NCBI GenBank assembly: GCA_963807365.1 | Contig: CAWEBR010000005.1 | Coordinates: forward strand, 10,087-74,086 | Origin: Pyrinomonadaceae bacterium | Lineage (GTDB): Bacteria > Acidobacteriota > Blastocatellia > Pyrinomonadales > Pyrinomonadaceae | Direction of reading: 5' to 3' | DNA: 64,000 nucleotides | Shown here: positions 27,870 through 35,880 of the stretch, piece by piece | Numbering within the stretch: position 1 is the stretch's first letter | How the letters are laid out: each line of letters begins with the position of its first letter | Translations under genes and position numbers: made by a program | The notes under the pieces: generated by a model | Database searches by the model: none | Told to the model about the DNA's origin: nothing | Seen by the model: the letters and a program-made list of their open reading frames with translations, nothing else

Positions 27870-30800
27870 TCATAATCCGCGACCGCGGCCCGACGATCGC
27901 ACGCTAACAGCGCGCGCCAGAATAGTTCCGCGTTTGCTCTTGCGATCCCTGCTCGCCGAAGTCTGGGGCTTCCGATCTCTCCCAAGTTTCTGCGCTGTTG
28001 GACCCGCTGCCGGCGGCGCCACGGGCGCAGTGGCGAGCAAGCGTCTCTGTTCATCCGGCGTTAGCAAAAGCATGTAACGAACCAGCAACTGCGCGTGATC
28101 TTGCTTGTAGTCGTTTGCGCTCGCCGGCGGATTAGGAAGATTGATAACCCAGCGGTCACCTTCTTTGCGGAACAAGCCGCTTGGCATCGCCGTCCCCGGA
28201 CTAATCTGTGCGGGATCCAACAACCAGCGGAACGTCCAATCCGGCTTGAGACGCTCACCGGACAACAGGAAGTTTGGTGCAATCGCAGTCGCGTCGTGAG
28301 TGGGGTCGCCGGTAATGTGACACTTCAAGCACGGCGTGCCGGAAGTAAACATCTGCCTCGCCACCAGTTTTTCCTGCTCCGTCAAAGGCTGGAGCTGTTC
28401 CTTGATATATGGTTCCTGCTGACCGGACAGGGCCATGAAGAAGCGAACCAAAATCTGCAACTCGTTTGGTGAAAAGTTAAACGTCGGCATGCGAGCCTTG
28501 AGGTAGGGCCGCACTCCATTACGGTCCAATCCCGGTTGCGGCTTTAACCTGGCATCGCTGGCCGAGCCGACCGGAGTTGCGCCGGTGCCCCCGGGGACCG
28601 GTGATGTCGCAGCGGGAGCACCCGAAGCAGCACCCTGACCGGCTGCACCTGGGGTAGTCGCCGGCTGATTGGCCACGTTATTCCCGGCGCTTGCAGCGCT
28701 GCCGGTGTTCACCGTCTTATCGCCGCTGAGCGAAGGATCGTTGAGGAAACGAAGGAGCCAGTTTGGATCTACGCGCGCGCCCTCGCTCGTGAGCCGCGGC
28801 GGCAGTAGGTCCTTGCCCTCCGGCGTTTGATAATAAGGAACGCCCATCAGTCCCGAGTCTTCGCCAACCTGAATCTGGTGGCAGCCCACGCAGTTGTATT
28901 TCTTGATCACCCACCAGCCGTTTTGAATGTCCTGACGCCGTTGATCCTGAGGATCGAAGAAGAGCGAGCGAGGTACATTTGATCCTTCCGTGCCCACGCT
29001 GCCCAGTAAGAATGTGGTCAACGCCGTGCGCCATTCTGGTGTCAGGTAGGGCTTCGGCATCCGCAACTTGTCTTTAGGATCCTTTTCCTTTCCTCGATCA
29101 TAGATGGCGGGCTCAGCGAGCTTGTGTTCAAAGAACCCTTTGTGGTTATACCAGGGTTTCTCTTCATGCTTCGCCGGGGTCGCGTGCTCGCCTTCCGCAG
29201 GCGCGCGTCCCAGGTTTCGCAAGTCGAGAGGGTCGTGGCCTTTCTCGGCGTCATGCGTCAGCAGCGCGAAGTCTAATCTCTCGATCGGCGTAGCGCCTTC
29301 AACCGTTAACTCTTTGCCGATTCGTTGTTCGTCTTCGAAGCCTTTAATCTCATGACAACCCGCGCAGCCATATTGCTTGATCAATGCCCCACCCTGGGCT
29401 TTGAGATTTGAGTCGTCCATGAATGACGCATCCGGATAGGAAGGCGGCGACGAAAGCGAGAACAAATAGGTGGCGATGTCTCGAGTGTTACTGTCGGTAA
29501 GCCGGAAGTTTGGCATTACCGTCATGTTCTGAACCTGCAACTCAGCGCCGTCGTTCGGGCAACGCGAATTCAACTCGGTGTCAAAAACATAAGGCTTGCC
29601 GTTCTTGCTGTAGTCTTCCGCCGTTAGATCGCGCTTCTCTTTCGGACAGTATGGCGCCCAGCGGTCACGCGGGTTGTGAATCCAGCGCACTATGTATTCA
29701 AAATTCGATTTCTCGCCGATGCGCTGGAGGTTCGCGGCGAAGGTTCCGCCGGTCGGGCTCTCCGCATCCCCGATTGAGTGACAACCGAGACAGCCGCGCG
29801 TTTCAAAAAGTTCTTTACCATTGGCGGCATTGCCTCTCGACTGCTGAGATACTTTGCCGTCAAAACTCTCCTGCCAGAGATAAGCAGAGATGGCGCGAAT
29901 CTGATCTTCCGCGTCCTTGTCGCGCTCAACTCCGCTCTGGTTTGAGGTTTCCGCGAAGCGCCAGAAGGTCGGCATCTTCGTTCCTGGACGAAAATTCTGC
30001 GGATCTCGGAGCCACACCGGAATCCATTCTTTGCGCAGCTTAAGTTTGACGTCTTTGAGGTTTGGACCAATCTTCTTTTGGTCCTGCATTAAATATTTCG
30101 ACTGCAAATTAGCCTGATCAATCCTCGCAGCCAATAAACTATTCGAAACTCGCAACGACTCAGCATGCGCGAGCAGCTTCTGCGCTTCAGCATCATCGGC
30201 GGCCTGGCCGGCGGCTTCGGTGTCCTGACGAATCTGTTTTTCGTTTTGCAGAATTTGATCTTCGAGTTGGGTAGTGTTTTGCCGAGATGCCGACAACGAA
30301 TCTGTTTCGCGGTCAAACCCTTCGTAACGATGGCAACCAACACAGCCTCGCTCGGAGAAGAGGTCCCGGCCGAGATTAAGCGTGGTAGCTCCCTGAGTTA
30401 CGCGGTCCTTTGCGTGGCACTGCTGGCAGCCTGCTTCGATGTTTTCCTTCTCGAATAGCGGCCAGAGCCAATACTTATGTCGACCGTGCCCCTTAATTTC
30501 ACCCGTCGTGGCTCGTCCATTTCCCCAATGACAGCTCGCGCAGCCAAACCGTTCCGGGGTATGAATTTGCAGTAGCTCCTTATTCGGATGACTTATAAAC
30601 GCGCGCGACAAGCTATCTGGTTTCTTACCCGGGCCGTCCGGAGCCAGGTTCGCCGGCCTTAACTCGAGTGGCTCTCGAATCCCAACGTGACAGACTTCGC
30701 AGCGGTCAACGATGTTGACCGAGTTCACGCTGATCTGATGGCCCAGGATCGAGTAGTCGAAGTTATCCATCTTCCGCAACAGGCCGTCGATTTGCGTAGG

Positions 30801-31508
30801 AGTTAAACCGATCACGTGGTGCCTGAGGTAATCGTCGCGCTTCTTTGCGATCTCGGTAGGCTCCTTCAGCAGCTCGGCTTTCTTTGCCAGCAAGGTCGCC
30901 TTTTTTTCGCGCAGATCGTTGTAGAATTTTTCAAGTTGCTCATAGTTCATTTTCTGCGCAACAGTCTTGCCGGAGGCATCTGGCGCCGGTAGTTGCACCT
31001 CTGTAATTTCCTGACGCTTCCGCTCAGCCTCCTTACGATACTTCTCCTTCGCAGAACCTTCGGCAGTTTCTATGTTGTAGGTGATTACCGTCAGCCGTCC
31101 ACGTTGGTTTTGAAAGGGTTCCGTTACCGCATCGATCTGACGCTGAATCAAGCCAACCTCTTTATCGACTTCCGCAGTTTCCGGTTTTACTTGATCTAAC
31201 GCGGCCTGAGCCTCTGCGGCGAGCTGCTGGTATTCAGCACTTTCCTTAACCTCGGCTTCGGTCTTGCCTGCCTCGGATTTAATGCTTTTGAGGTAACGGG
31301 TGTAGCGGGTGACAAACTCTTTCTGAATTCCCTTCCAGGGTCGCTGTCCGAAAGCCTCATCCCAGAGCGCCCACGCCAGGGATAAAGTCAACAACAAGGC
31401 ACAGAGCAACAGAATGCCGCTCGTAGACTTGCTAACGATCGGATCATGCGTCGGGACCTCAGGATCCTTCTTGACCAGCGCTTCTGTCGTCTCAGGAGAA
31501 TCAGCCAA
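27870..31508 (-). CDS. 1212-aa membrane-anchored octahaem c-type cytochrome with N-terminal coiled coil
   Basis: One N-terminal TM (GILLLCALLLTLSLAWALW) and a Lys/Glu-rich heptad-like region. Eight CxxCH motifs: CEVCH, CASCH, CQQCH, CVGCH, CLGCH, CAGCH, CVGCH, CLKCH. Ser/Gly/Ala/Pro linker and basic C-terminal tail. Confidence 0.9.
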   Translation of the reverse strand: MADSPETTEALVKKDPEVPTHDPIVSKSTSGILLLCALLLTLSLAWALWDEAFGQRPWKGIQKEFVTRYTRYLKSIKSEAGKTEAEVKESAEYQQLAAEAQAALDQVKPETAEVDKEVGLIQRQIDAVTEPFQNQRGRLTVITYNIETAEGSAKEKYRKEAERKRQEITEVQLPAPDASGKTVAQKMNYEQLEKFYNDLREKKATLLAKKAELLKEPTEIAKKRDDYLRHHVIGLTPTQIDGLLRKMDNFDYSILGHQISVNSVNIVDRCEVCHVGIREPLELRPANLAPDGPGKKPDSLSRAFISHPNKELLQIHTPERFGCASCHWGNGRATTGEIKGHGRHKYWLWPLFEKENIEAGCQQCHAKDRVTQGATTLNLGRDLFSERGCVGCHRYEGFDRETDSLSASRQNTTQLEDQILQNEKQIRQDTEAAGQAADDAEAQKLLAHAESLRVSNSLLAARIDQANLQSKYLMQDQKKIGPNLKDVKLKLRKEWIPVWLRDPQNFRPGTKMPTFWRFAETSNQSGVERDKDAEDQIRAISAYLWQESFDGKVSQQSRGNAANGKELFETRGCLGCHSIGDAESPTGGTFAANLQRIGEKSNFEYIVRWIHNPRDRWAPYCPKEKRDLTAEDYSKNGKPYVFDTELNSRCPNDGAELQVQNMTVMPNFRLTDSNTRDIATYLFSLSSPPSYPDASFMDDSNLKAQGGALIKQYGCAGCHEIKGFEDEQRIGKELTVEGATPIERLDFALLTHDAEKGHDPLDLRNLGRAPAEGEHATPAKHEEKPWYNHKGFFEHKLAEPAIYDRGKEKDPKDKLRMPKPYLTPEWRTALTTFLLGSVGTEGSNVPRSLFFDPQDQRRQDIQNGWWVIKKYNCVGCHQIQVGEDSGLMGVPYYQTPEGKDLLPPRLTSEGARVDPNWLLRFLNDPSLSGDKTVNTGSAASAGNNVANQPATTPGAAGQGAASGAPAATSPVPGGTGATPVGSASDARLKPQPGLDRNGVRPYLKARMPTFNFSPNELQILVRFFMALSGQQEPYIKEQLQPLTEQEKLVARQMFTSGTPCLKCHITGDPTHDATAIAPNFLLSGERLKPDWTFRWLLDPAQISPGTAMPSGLFRKEGDRWVINLPNPPASANDYKQDHAQLLVRYMLLLTPDEQRRLLATAPVAPPAAGPTAQKLGRDRKPQTSASRDRKSKRGTILARAVSVRSSGRGRGL
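28317..30701 (-). other. haem-binding portion of the octahaem cytochrome (first to last CxxCH)
   Basis: First motif TGCGAAGTCTGTCAC is on the minus strand at 30687-30701. Last motif TGCTTGAAGTGTCAC is at 28317-28331. Confidence 0.85.
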
Positions 31509-31584
31509 ACTTGGTTACCTTCGAAACGTTTAGGAGGACAGACAATGCCTGTCCTACTCTACTTGAGAAAATGGTAGCTCTTAC

Positions 31585-31672
31585 TCCCTCTCCCTTTGGG
31601 GGAGGGTCGGGGAGAGGGGATTAGGTCGAGCCTCTTACACCCTCTCCCCAGCCCTCTCCCGACGGGAGAGGG
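31585..31672. repeat. cluster of CCCTCTCCC / GGGAGAGGG hairpin arms (REP-like)
   Basis: TCCCTCTCCC (31585-31594) pairs imperfectly with GGGAGAGGGGA (31610-31620). Perfect CCCTCTCCC-GAC-GGGAGAGGG at 31652-31672. An extra CCCTCTCCCC lies at 31640-31649. Confidence 0.85.
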
Positions 31673-31688
31673 AGTTTTTCAGCAACCT

Positions 31689-32270
31689 CTAAACGTTGAA
31701 CCAGGGTGTCACCCATACATACTTGATGGTAAACACCAGCCGCAGAATCAACTTGACCGGCATGGCCAGTAACACCGTGATGGCAAAAAACTGGAACGTT
31801 GCATACTGCAATAGGCTGGTCCGTGCCAGCAGCTTCTGTTCAAACGGATCGGAAGTGCTCATCCATAGCCAGATTCGTCGCCAGATAGGCAACGAACGAT
31901 CGATTCGATCGAGACCGCCACGCGTTAGCAGCCAATGGAAGAACAGCGCGCCTGCTACGAAGAACAGTCCCACCACGATCGCGCCGAAGATTGCTTTCAA
32001 GATCCAGGAAGTGGACAGCGCCGTGATTCCAAACATGTCTGCCACGATGTCGTGCAAGTCGCGGTTACGATCGTAAACAACCGCGTTGTGGTCCCAGGTT
32101 TGGCCCGGCCAAAACCAAATCCAACCCGGACCACGAATAAACGTGCCAATCACAATCAGCAGAATCCACTGAAGGAACCCGGCGCCAAACATCCACAGGG
32201 CAACCCGTCGTTGCTTGATCGTGTAGTAGCCATTTCCGAGCGGGTTCGAGTCAACGTAGGGAAAGACCAT
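31689..32270 (-). CDS. cytochrome b C-terminal module, distal part (multi-TM)
   Basis: MVFPYVDSNPLGNGYYT... continues the helix that ends the upstream ORF (see 32251-32802). Four or five further TM helices. Confidence 0.7.
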   Translation of the reverse strand: MVFPYVDSNPLGNGYYTIKQRRVALWMFGAGFLQWILLIVIGTFIRGPGWIWFWPGQTWDHNAVVYDRNRDLHDIVADMFGITALSTSWILKAIFGAIVVGLFFVAGALFFHWLLTRGGLDRIDRSLPIWRRIWLWMSTSDPFEQKLLARTSLLQYATFQFFAITVLLAMPVKLILRLVFTIKYVWVTPWFNV

Positions 32271-32802
32271 CGAGCCCGACCATGATCAAACTGGGCATGA
32301 CAACGCCGGCGATCCATGGATCAAAGTAGACGAGCATCTCCTGGAGGCCGAGAAAATACCACGGCGCTTTCGACGGGTTCATCGTGAGGTTTGGATTCGC
32401 CGGCTCTTCGAGAGGCGCATTAAGCGTAATCGACCAGACAAAGAGGATAACAGTAACGATCACCGCGGCGAGAAATTCGATGCGCACCAGATAAGGCCAA
32501 ACGTGAATATCGCGCGCCCAACCCGGACGCCAGGGCTCAACTTTTCGGTGATGCGTTTTAGCCAGCTTCGGATCGCTTTCCAATTCCTCGACCAGCCGGT
32601 CATTGTCGCGCGCCTGTTTGATCCCGAGCCAGGTGAAGAACGGCACCAGGAAAAGCATGGCCACGATTGGAACGTTGTCCGGCGCCGAAGATATCTTCCA
32701 AAGCTGGTGCCAGTCGTGCACCGCAAACACGGCGAGAACGATGAGGGCCACGAACACCCCCAAAGTTATTAGCTTCCCTTTACTTAGACCTAGTCTCGCC
32801 AT
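32251..32802 (-). CDS. cytochrome b C-terminal module / subunit IV-like, proximal part
   Basis: Likely start ATG 32802 (MARLGLSKGKL...). The longer ORF to 32862 runs through repeat copy 3. Contains the PEWY-equivalent PANPNLTMNPSKAPWYFLGLQEMLVYF. Ends ...VMPSLIMVGLDGLSLR*, overlapping the next ORF by 20 nt. Confidence 0.75.
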   Translation of the reverse strand: MARLGLSKGKLITLGVFVALIVLAVFAVHDWHQLWKISSAPDNVPIVAMLFLVPFFTWLGIKQARDNDRLVEELESDPKLAKTHHRKVEPWRPGWARDIHVWPYLVRIEFLAAVIVTVILFVWSITLNAPLEEPANPNLTMNPSKAPWYFLGLQEMLVYFDPWIAGVVMPSLIMVGLDGLSLR

Positions 32803-32809
32803 CTTCTTT

Positions 32810-32877
32810 GTCCGACAATTGGTCCGACAAACTTTAGTTTGTCGAGCATTAGTGATCGACAAACGGAAGTTTGGACT
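32810..32877. repeat. double-palindrome intergenic repeat, copy 3 (degenerate second arm)
   Basis: Partial GTCCGACAA (32810-32818), then GTCCGACAAACTTTAGTTTGTCG (32822-32844), 12-nt spacer, CGACAAACGGAAGTTTGGAC (32857-32876). Confidence 0.85.
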
Positions 32878-32884
32878 GCAACAA

Positions 32885-33814
32885 CTACTTCTTCTTCACT
32901 GCTTTCATTTCAGACTCGAGCACCATCGGCGCCGGGCCTGAAATGCCGCCATCTTTGCGGATGCGCCAGAAGTGGACTGCCATGAAAATTGAGGCCACCA
33001 GCGGAATACCAATGCAATGCCAGATGTAAGAACGCAGCAAGGCATTTGAGTCCACGATTGAACCGCCCAGCAGACCAAAGCGCACATCGTTATAAGGGGT
33101 CATCCCCAGTTGAACACCAAACGGACCCTCCGAGCCAAACATCGGGGTGGCGCGAGCCATGTTCGTGCCGACGGTTACCGCCCAGAATCCAAGTTGATCG
33201 TCCGGCAGCAGGTATCCAGTGAATGAAAGCAACAGTGTCAGCACCAGCAACACCACGCCAACGCACCAATTGAACTCCCGCGGCCTCTTGTAAGAGCCGG
33301 TCAATACCACGCGAAACATGTGCAGCCAGGTGGTGATCACCATCAGGTGAGCGGCCCAACGGTGCATATTCCGCAGGAGCTTTCCAAAGGGAACATCATG
33401 CTCGAGATAAAGAATGTCACGAAACGCATCGGCCTTAGTGGGGTGGTAATAGAACATCAGTAGCACCCCCGTGAAGGTCAAGACGATAAAAAGATAGAAA
33501 GTAATGCCACCCATACCCCAGGTGAACGCATAACGCACCGCATCACGATTGATTTTTGCCGGGTGAAGATGAAGGAAAACGTTGGAGAGGATAGCGAGCG
33601 AACGATTACGAGGATCAGAACGATCGTGGGATACCCGAAAGATCGACTTCCAAAGTTGCGTATCCTGAGGGTCCTTATAAGTTTTGGCTTCCTCGACGGC
33701 CCGCTCTTTGAGTGCAGCTCCGCCCTCCCGAACCTTGGCGATCAGGCTGGTGCCGGGCTTCTCCTCGCCGGTCAACTGTTTTTTCTCTTCCTGGTCGGGA
33801 CGTTCTGAATCCAT
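32885..33814 (-). CDS. cytochrome b (b6-like N-terminal four-helix module)
   Basis: 309 aa. NMHRWAAHLMVITTWLHMFRVVLTGSYKRPREFNWCVGV, SFTGYLLPDDQLGFWA. His pairs for haems bL/bH. Confidence 0.93.
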   Translation of the reverse strand: MDSERPDQEEKKQLTGEEKPGTSLIAKVREGGAALKERAVEEAKTYKDPQDTQLWKSIFRVSHDRSDPRNRSLAILSNVFLHLHPAKINRDAVRYAFTWGMGGITFYLFIVLTFTGVLLMFYYHPTKADAFRDILYLEHDVPFGKLLRNMHRWAAHLMVITTWLHMFRVVLTGSYKRPREFNWCVGVVLLVLTLLLSFTGYLLPDDQLGFWAVTVGTNMARATPMFGSEGPFGVQLGMTPYNDVRFGLLGGSIVDSNALLRSYIWHCIGIPLVASIFMAVHFWRIRKDGGISGPAPMVLESEMKAVKKK

Positions 33815-33860
33815 AAACTCTCGTTAAGAAAAGCTGCCGGCTACTAATCCGGCATTAGCC

Positions 33861-33894
33861 GAAAAAGAAAGCCCTTGCTCAGGCCCGGGCTTTC
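33861..33894 (-). terminator. intrinsic-terminator-like hairpin between the Rieske and cytochrome b genes
   Basis: Minus strand reads GAAAGCCC-GGGCCTGAGCAA-GGGCTTTC followed by TTTTTC. Arms at 33867-33874 and 33887-33894. Confidence 0.4.
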
Positions 33895-33904
33895 TGAAAA
33901 TAAC

Positions 33905-34567
33905 TCACAATGGGATGTAGGCCCCCTTCTCATCAAACTCGCTCGCTTCGCCTTTAGTCCAATCGTATAGCTTGGCTAGATCGACCACTATTTGTCCTTC
34001 GGCATCAAGTTCAACGTGAGCCCGATCCATCGGACGGGGCGCTGGTCCTTCAAAGTTGACGCCTTCGCTATCGTATCCGCTGCCATGGCAAGGACACTTA
34101 AACTTGTTTTCACTGGCCTTCCAGTCCGGCGTACAGCCCAGATGCGTGCAGACTGCGTAGATCACAAACAATCGGTCAGACGTTCGAGTGACCCAGATTC
34201 GATACTGTTGCTGCCACTTCGTGTCGACCCCGAGCGCGTAGTCACTCGGCGCGCCGATCCGGAACGTGCGAGACGGTTCCAGGATGGATCGCGGGAGGAA
34301 AAACCGCAGGAACATCAGAAAGTAAGCGACCAGACTGGCAGCTATCGCCGACCATACAATGCGCCGCCTCATTTTATTAACTGGAGGATCGGGCGCGCTT
34401 TCAACCAGGGAGCCGACAGGCTTTGCGACAGGTCGGGCGGCCGGCGCGGCTACGGCGGTCTTCGGAGGTAACGGTTTTGCGGCCGGCGGGGTCCCTGCCG
34501 GTGTTTCGACTTTCGGAGACGAGCCAGCAAGGTTCCCTGCTTGCTCTTGATCGGTGGGACTATCCAC
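33905..34567 (-). CDS. Rieske 2Fe-2S protein of cytochrome bc-type complex
   Basis: CTHLGCTPDW...CPCHGSGY. One TM (IVWSAIAASLVAYFLMFLRFF). ORF opens with TTG 34576, but GTG 34567 lies 9 nt after GGAGGA (34577-34582 on the plus strand). Confidence 0.92.
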   Translation of the reverse strand: MDSPTDQEQAGNLAGSSPKVETPAGTPPAAKPLPPKTAVAAPAARPVAKPVGSLVESAPDPPVNKMRRRIVWSAIAASLVAYFLMFLRFFLPRSILEPSRTFRIGAPSDYALGVDTKWQQQYRIWVTRTSDRLFVIYAVCTHLGCTPDWKASENKFKCPCHGSGYDSEGVNFEGPAPRPMDRAHVELDAEGQIVVDLAKLYDWTKGEASEFDEKGAYIPL

Positions 34568-34802
34568 TGAAATCAATCCTCCGTTTAAATGAAGTGCGAA
34601 AATTACACTTCAACGTTGCAGTGGAGTGTCAACTATACAATTCCCCGCAGTGCAGGGAACCACTCTCTGCTGAAGAACGCTTATTCGTTTATGCATGAAG
34701 TGCGCCGTGCCAATAGAAATCCAATAATCGGGGCTCGGTGCGCACATTTATACCCTGTTTCACAATTTACTGGCAAGAAGTTTTATATTTTGATTGCGGC
34801 GG

Positions 34803-35750
34803 TTAAGGACAACGGACTCGCAGCGCCGCGGGAATGATCTCGAACGTCGCCGGGAGAAAACCGGGCAACTCTCCATCAACCTCAAGCGGTATGAGTCCAT
34901 ATCTGGTTGCGGATTTCGCCTGCACCTTCCTGGCCAGCACGTGCCCGACCTCGGCCATACCCAGGTGGGCGCCCAAATAAATGCGGGGTGCGTTGGCGAT
35001 CATTCGTGCCGCTCCCAAATCGCCGATACTAACCACATCGAATCGACCATCCGCGAGGCTGGCGTCTGGAGCGATCTTCATCCCGCCGCCAAAATAACGC
35101 GCGTTAGCAACGCAAATGTTTACCACGGTCATGTGCCTTGCCGGATCATCATCAAGTTCGATGGTTACTTTCGTAGCCTCCGTCTTCAAAGACGACTTGG
35201 CCATCGCTAGACCAAATGCAGCGCGGCCCGATAACCACTTTGGCACACTAACCGGAAGCCAGTCTGCTTTTTGCTCCTTGACCCGGGTAATCACGTCGGC
35301 GCTCATGCCAAATGAGGCAACGCCAACAAAATAACGCGATTCGCTTTCTCCTGCTTCAGTTTGAAACGTCACCTTACCGACATCGATACGCCGCGTCCAG
35401 CCGGTTCGCAGGATTCTAATTGCTTCGCGCGATCGCGAAGGAATATCGAGGGTTTTTCGAAAGTCACCGCCAGTGCCGCTGGGGATTATTCCGAGTTCTG
35501 CGGCTCCGCCGGCGGAAATGATCCCGTTCGCCACTTCGGAGATGGTCCCATCACCTCCACAAGCGATAATCAATTTCGTTCCCTTACGCGCGGCTTCGGC
35601 GGCGAGCTCGGTTCCACCTCCCGTGCCCGACGTGAACAACGGGGTGAAAGCACCGAAGTGAGTTGCCAGCTCACTGGCTATCTTCGGCCAGGCGTCGCCA
35701 GTGGCGCCGCCACCCGACGCGGGATTAATAATTACGATTGGAGGAGACAT
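34803..35750 (-). CDS. diacylglycerol/lipid kinase (YegS/BmrU family)
   Basis: 315 aa. NPASGGG..., ACGGDGTISEVANG, GIIPSGTGGDF motifs. Confidence 0.88.
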   Translation of the reverse strand: MSPPIVIINPASGGGATGDAWPKIASELATHFGAFTPLFTSGTGGGTELAAEAARKGTKLIIACGGDGTISEVANGIISAGGAAELGIIPSGTGGDFRKTLDIPSRSREAIRILRTGWTRRIDVGKVTFQTEAGESESRYFVGVASFGMSADVITRVKEQKADWLPVSVPKWLSGRAAFGLAMAKSSLKTEATKVTIELDDDPARHMTVVNICVANARYFGGGMKIAPDASLADGRFDVVSIGDLGAARMIANAPRIYLGAHLGMAEVGHVLARKVQAKSATRYGLIPLEVDGELPGFLPATFEIIPAALRVRCP

Positions 35751-35880
35751 ATATCAGACTCGCCCGCCCACCTTGGTCACGCTATTTAATCATCCAGTCG
35801 ATTCCTTCTGCTATCGCAGCACACGGGCAGAAGCGGACGCCGGTCGCGGCGACGGCGGATATCTCACACATCTGGTTCTT

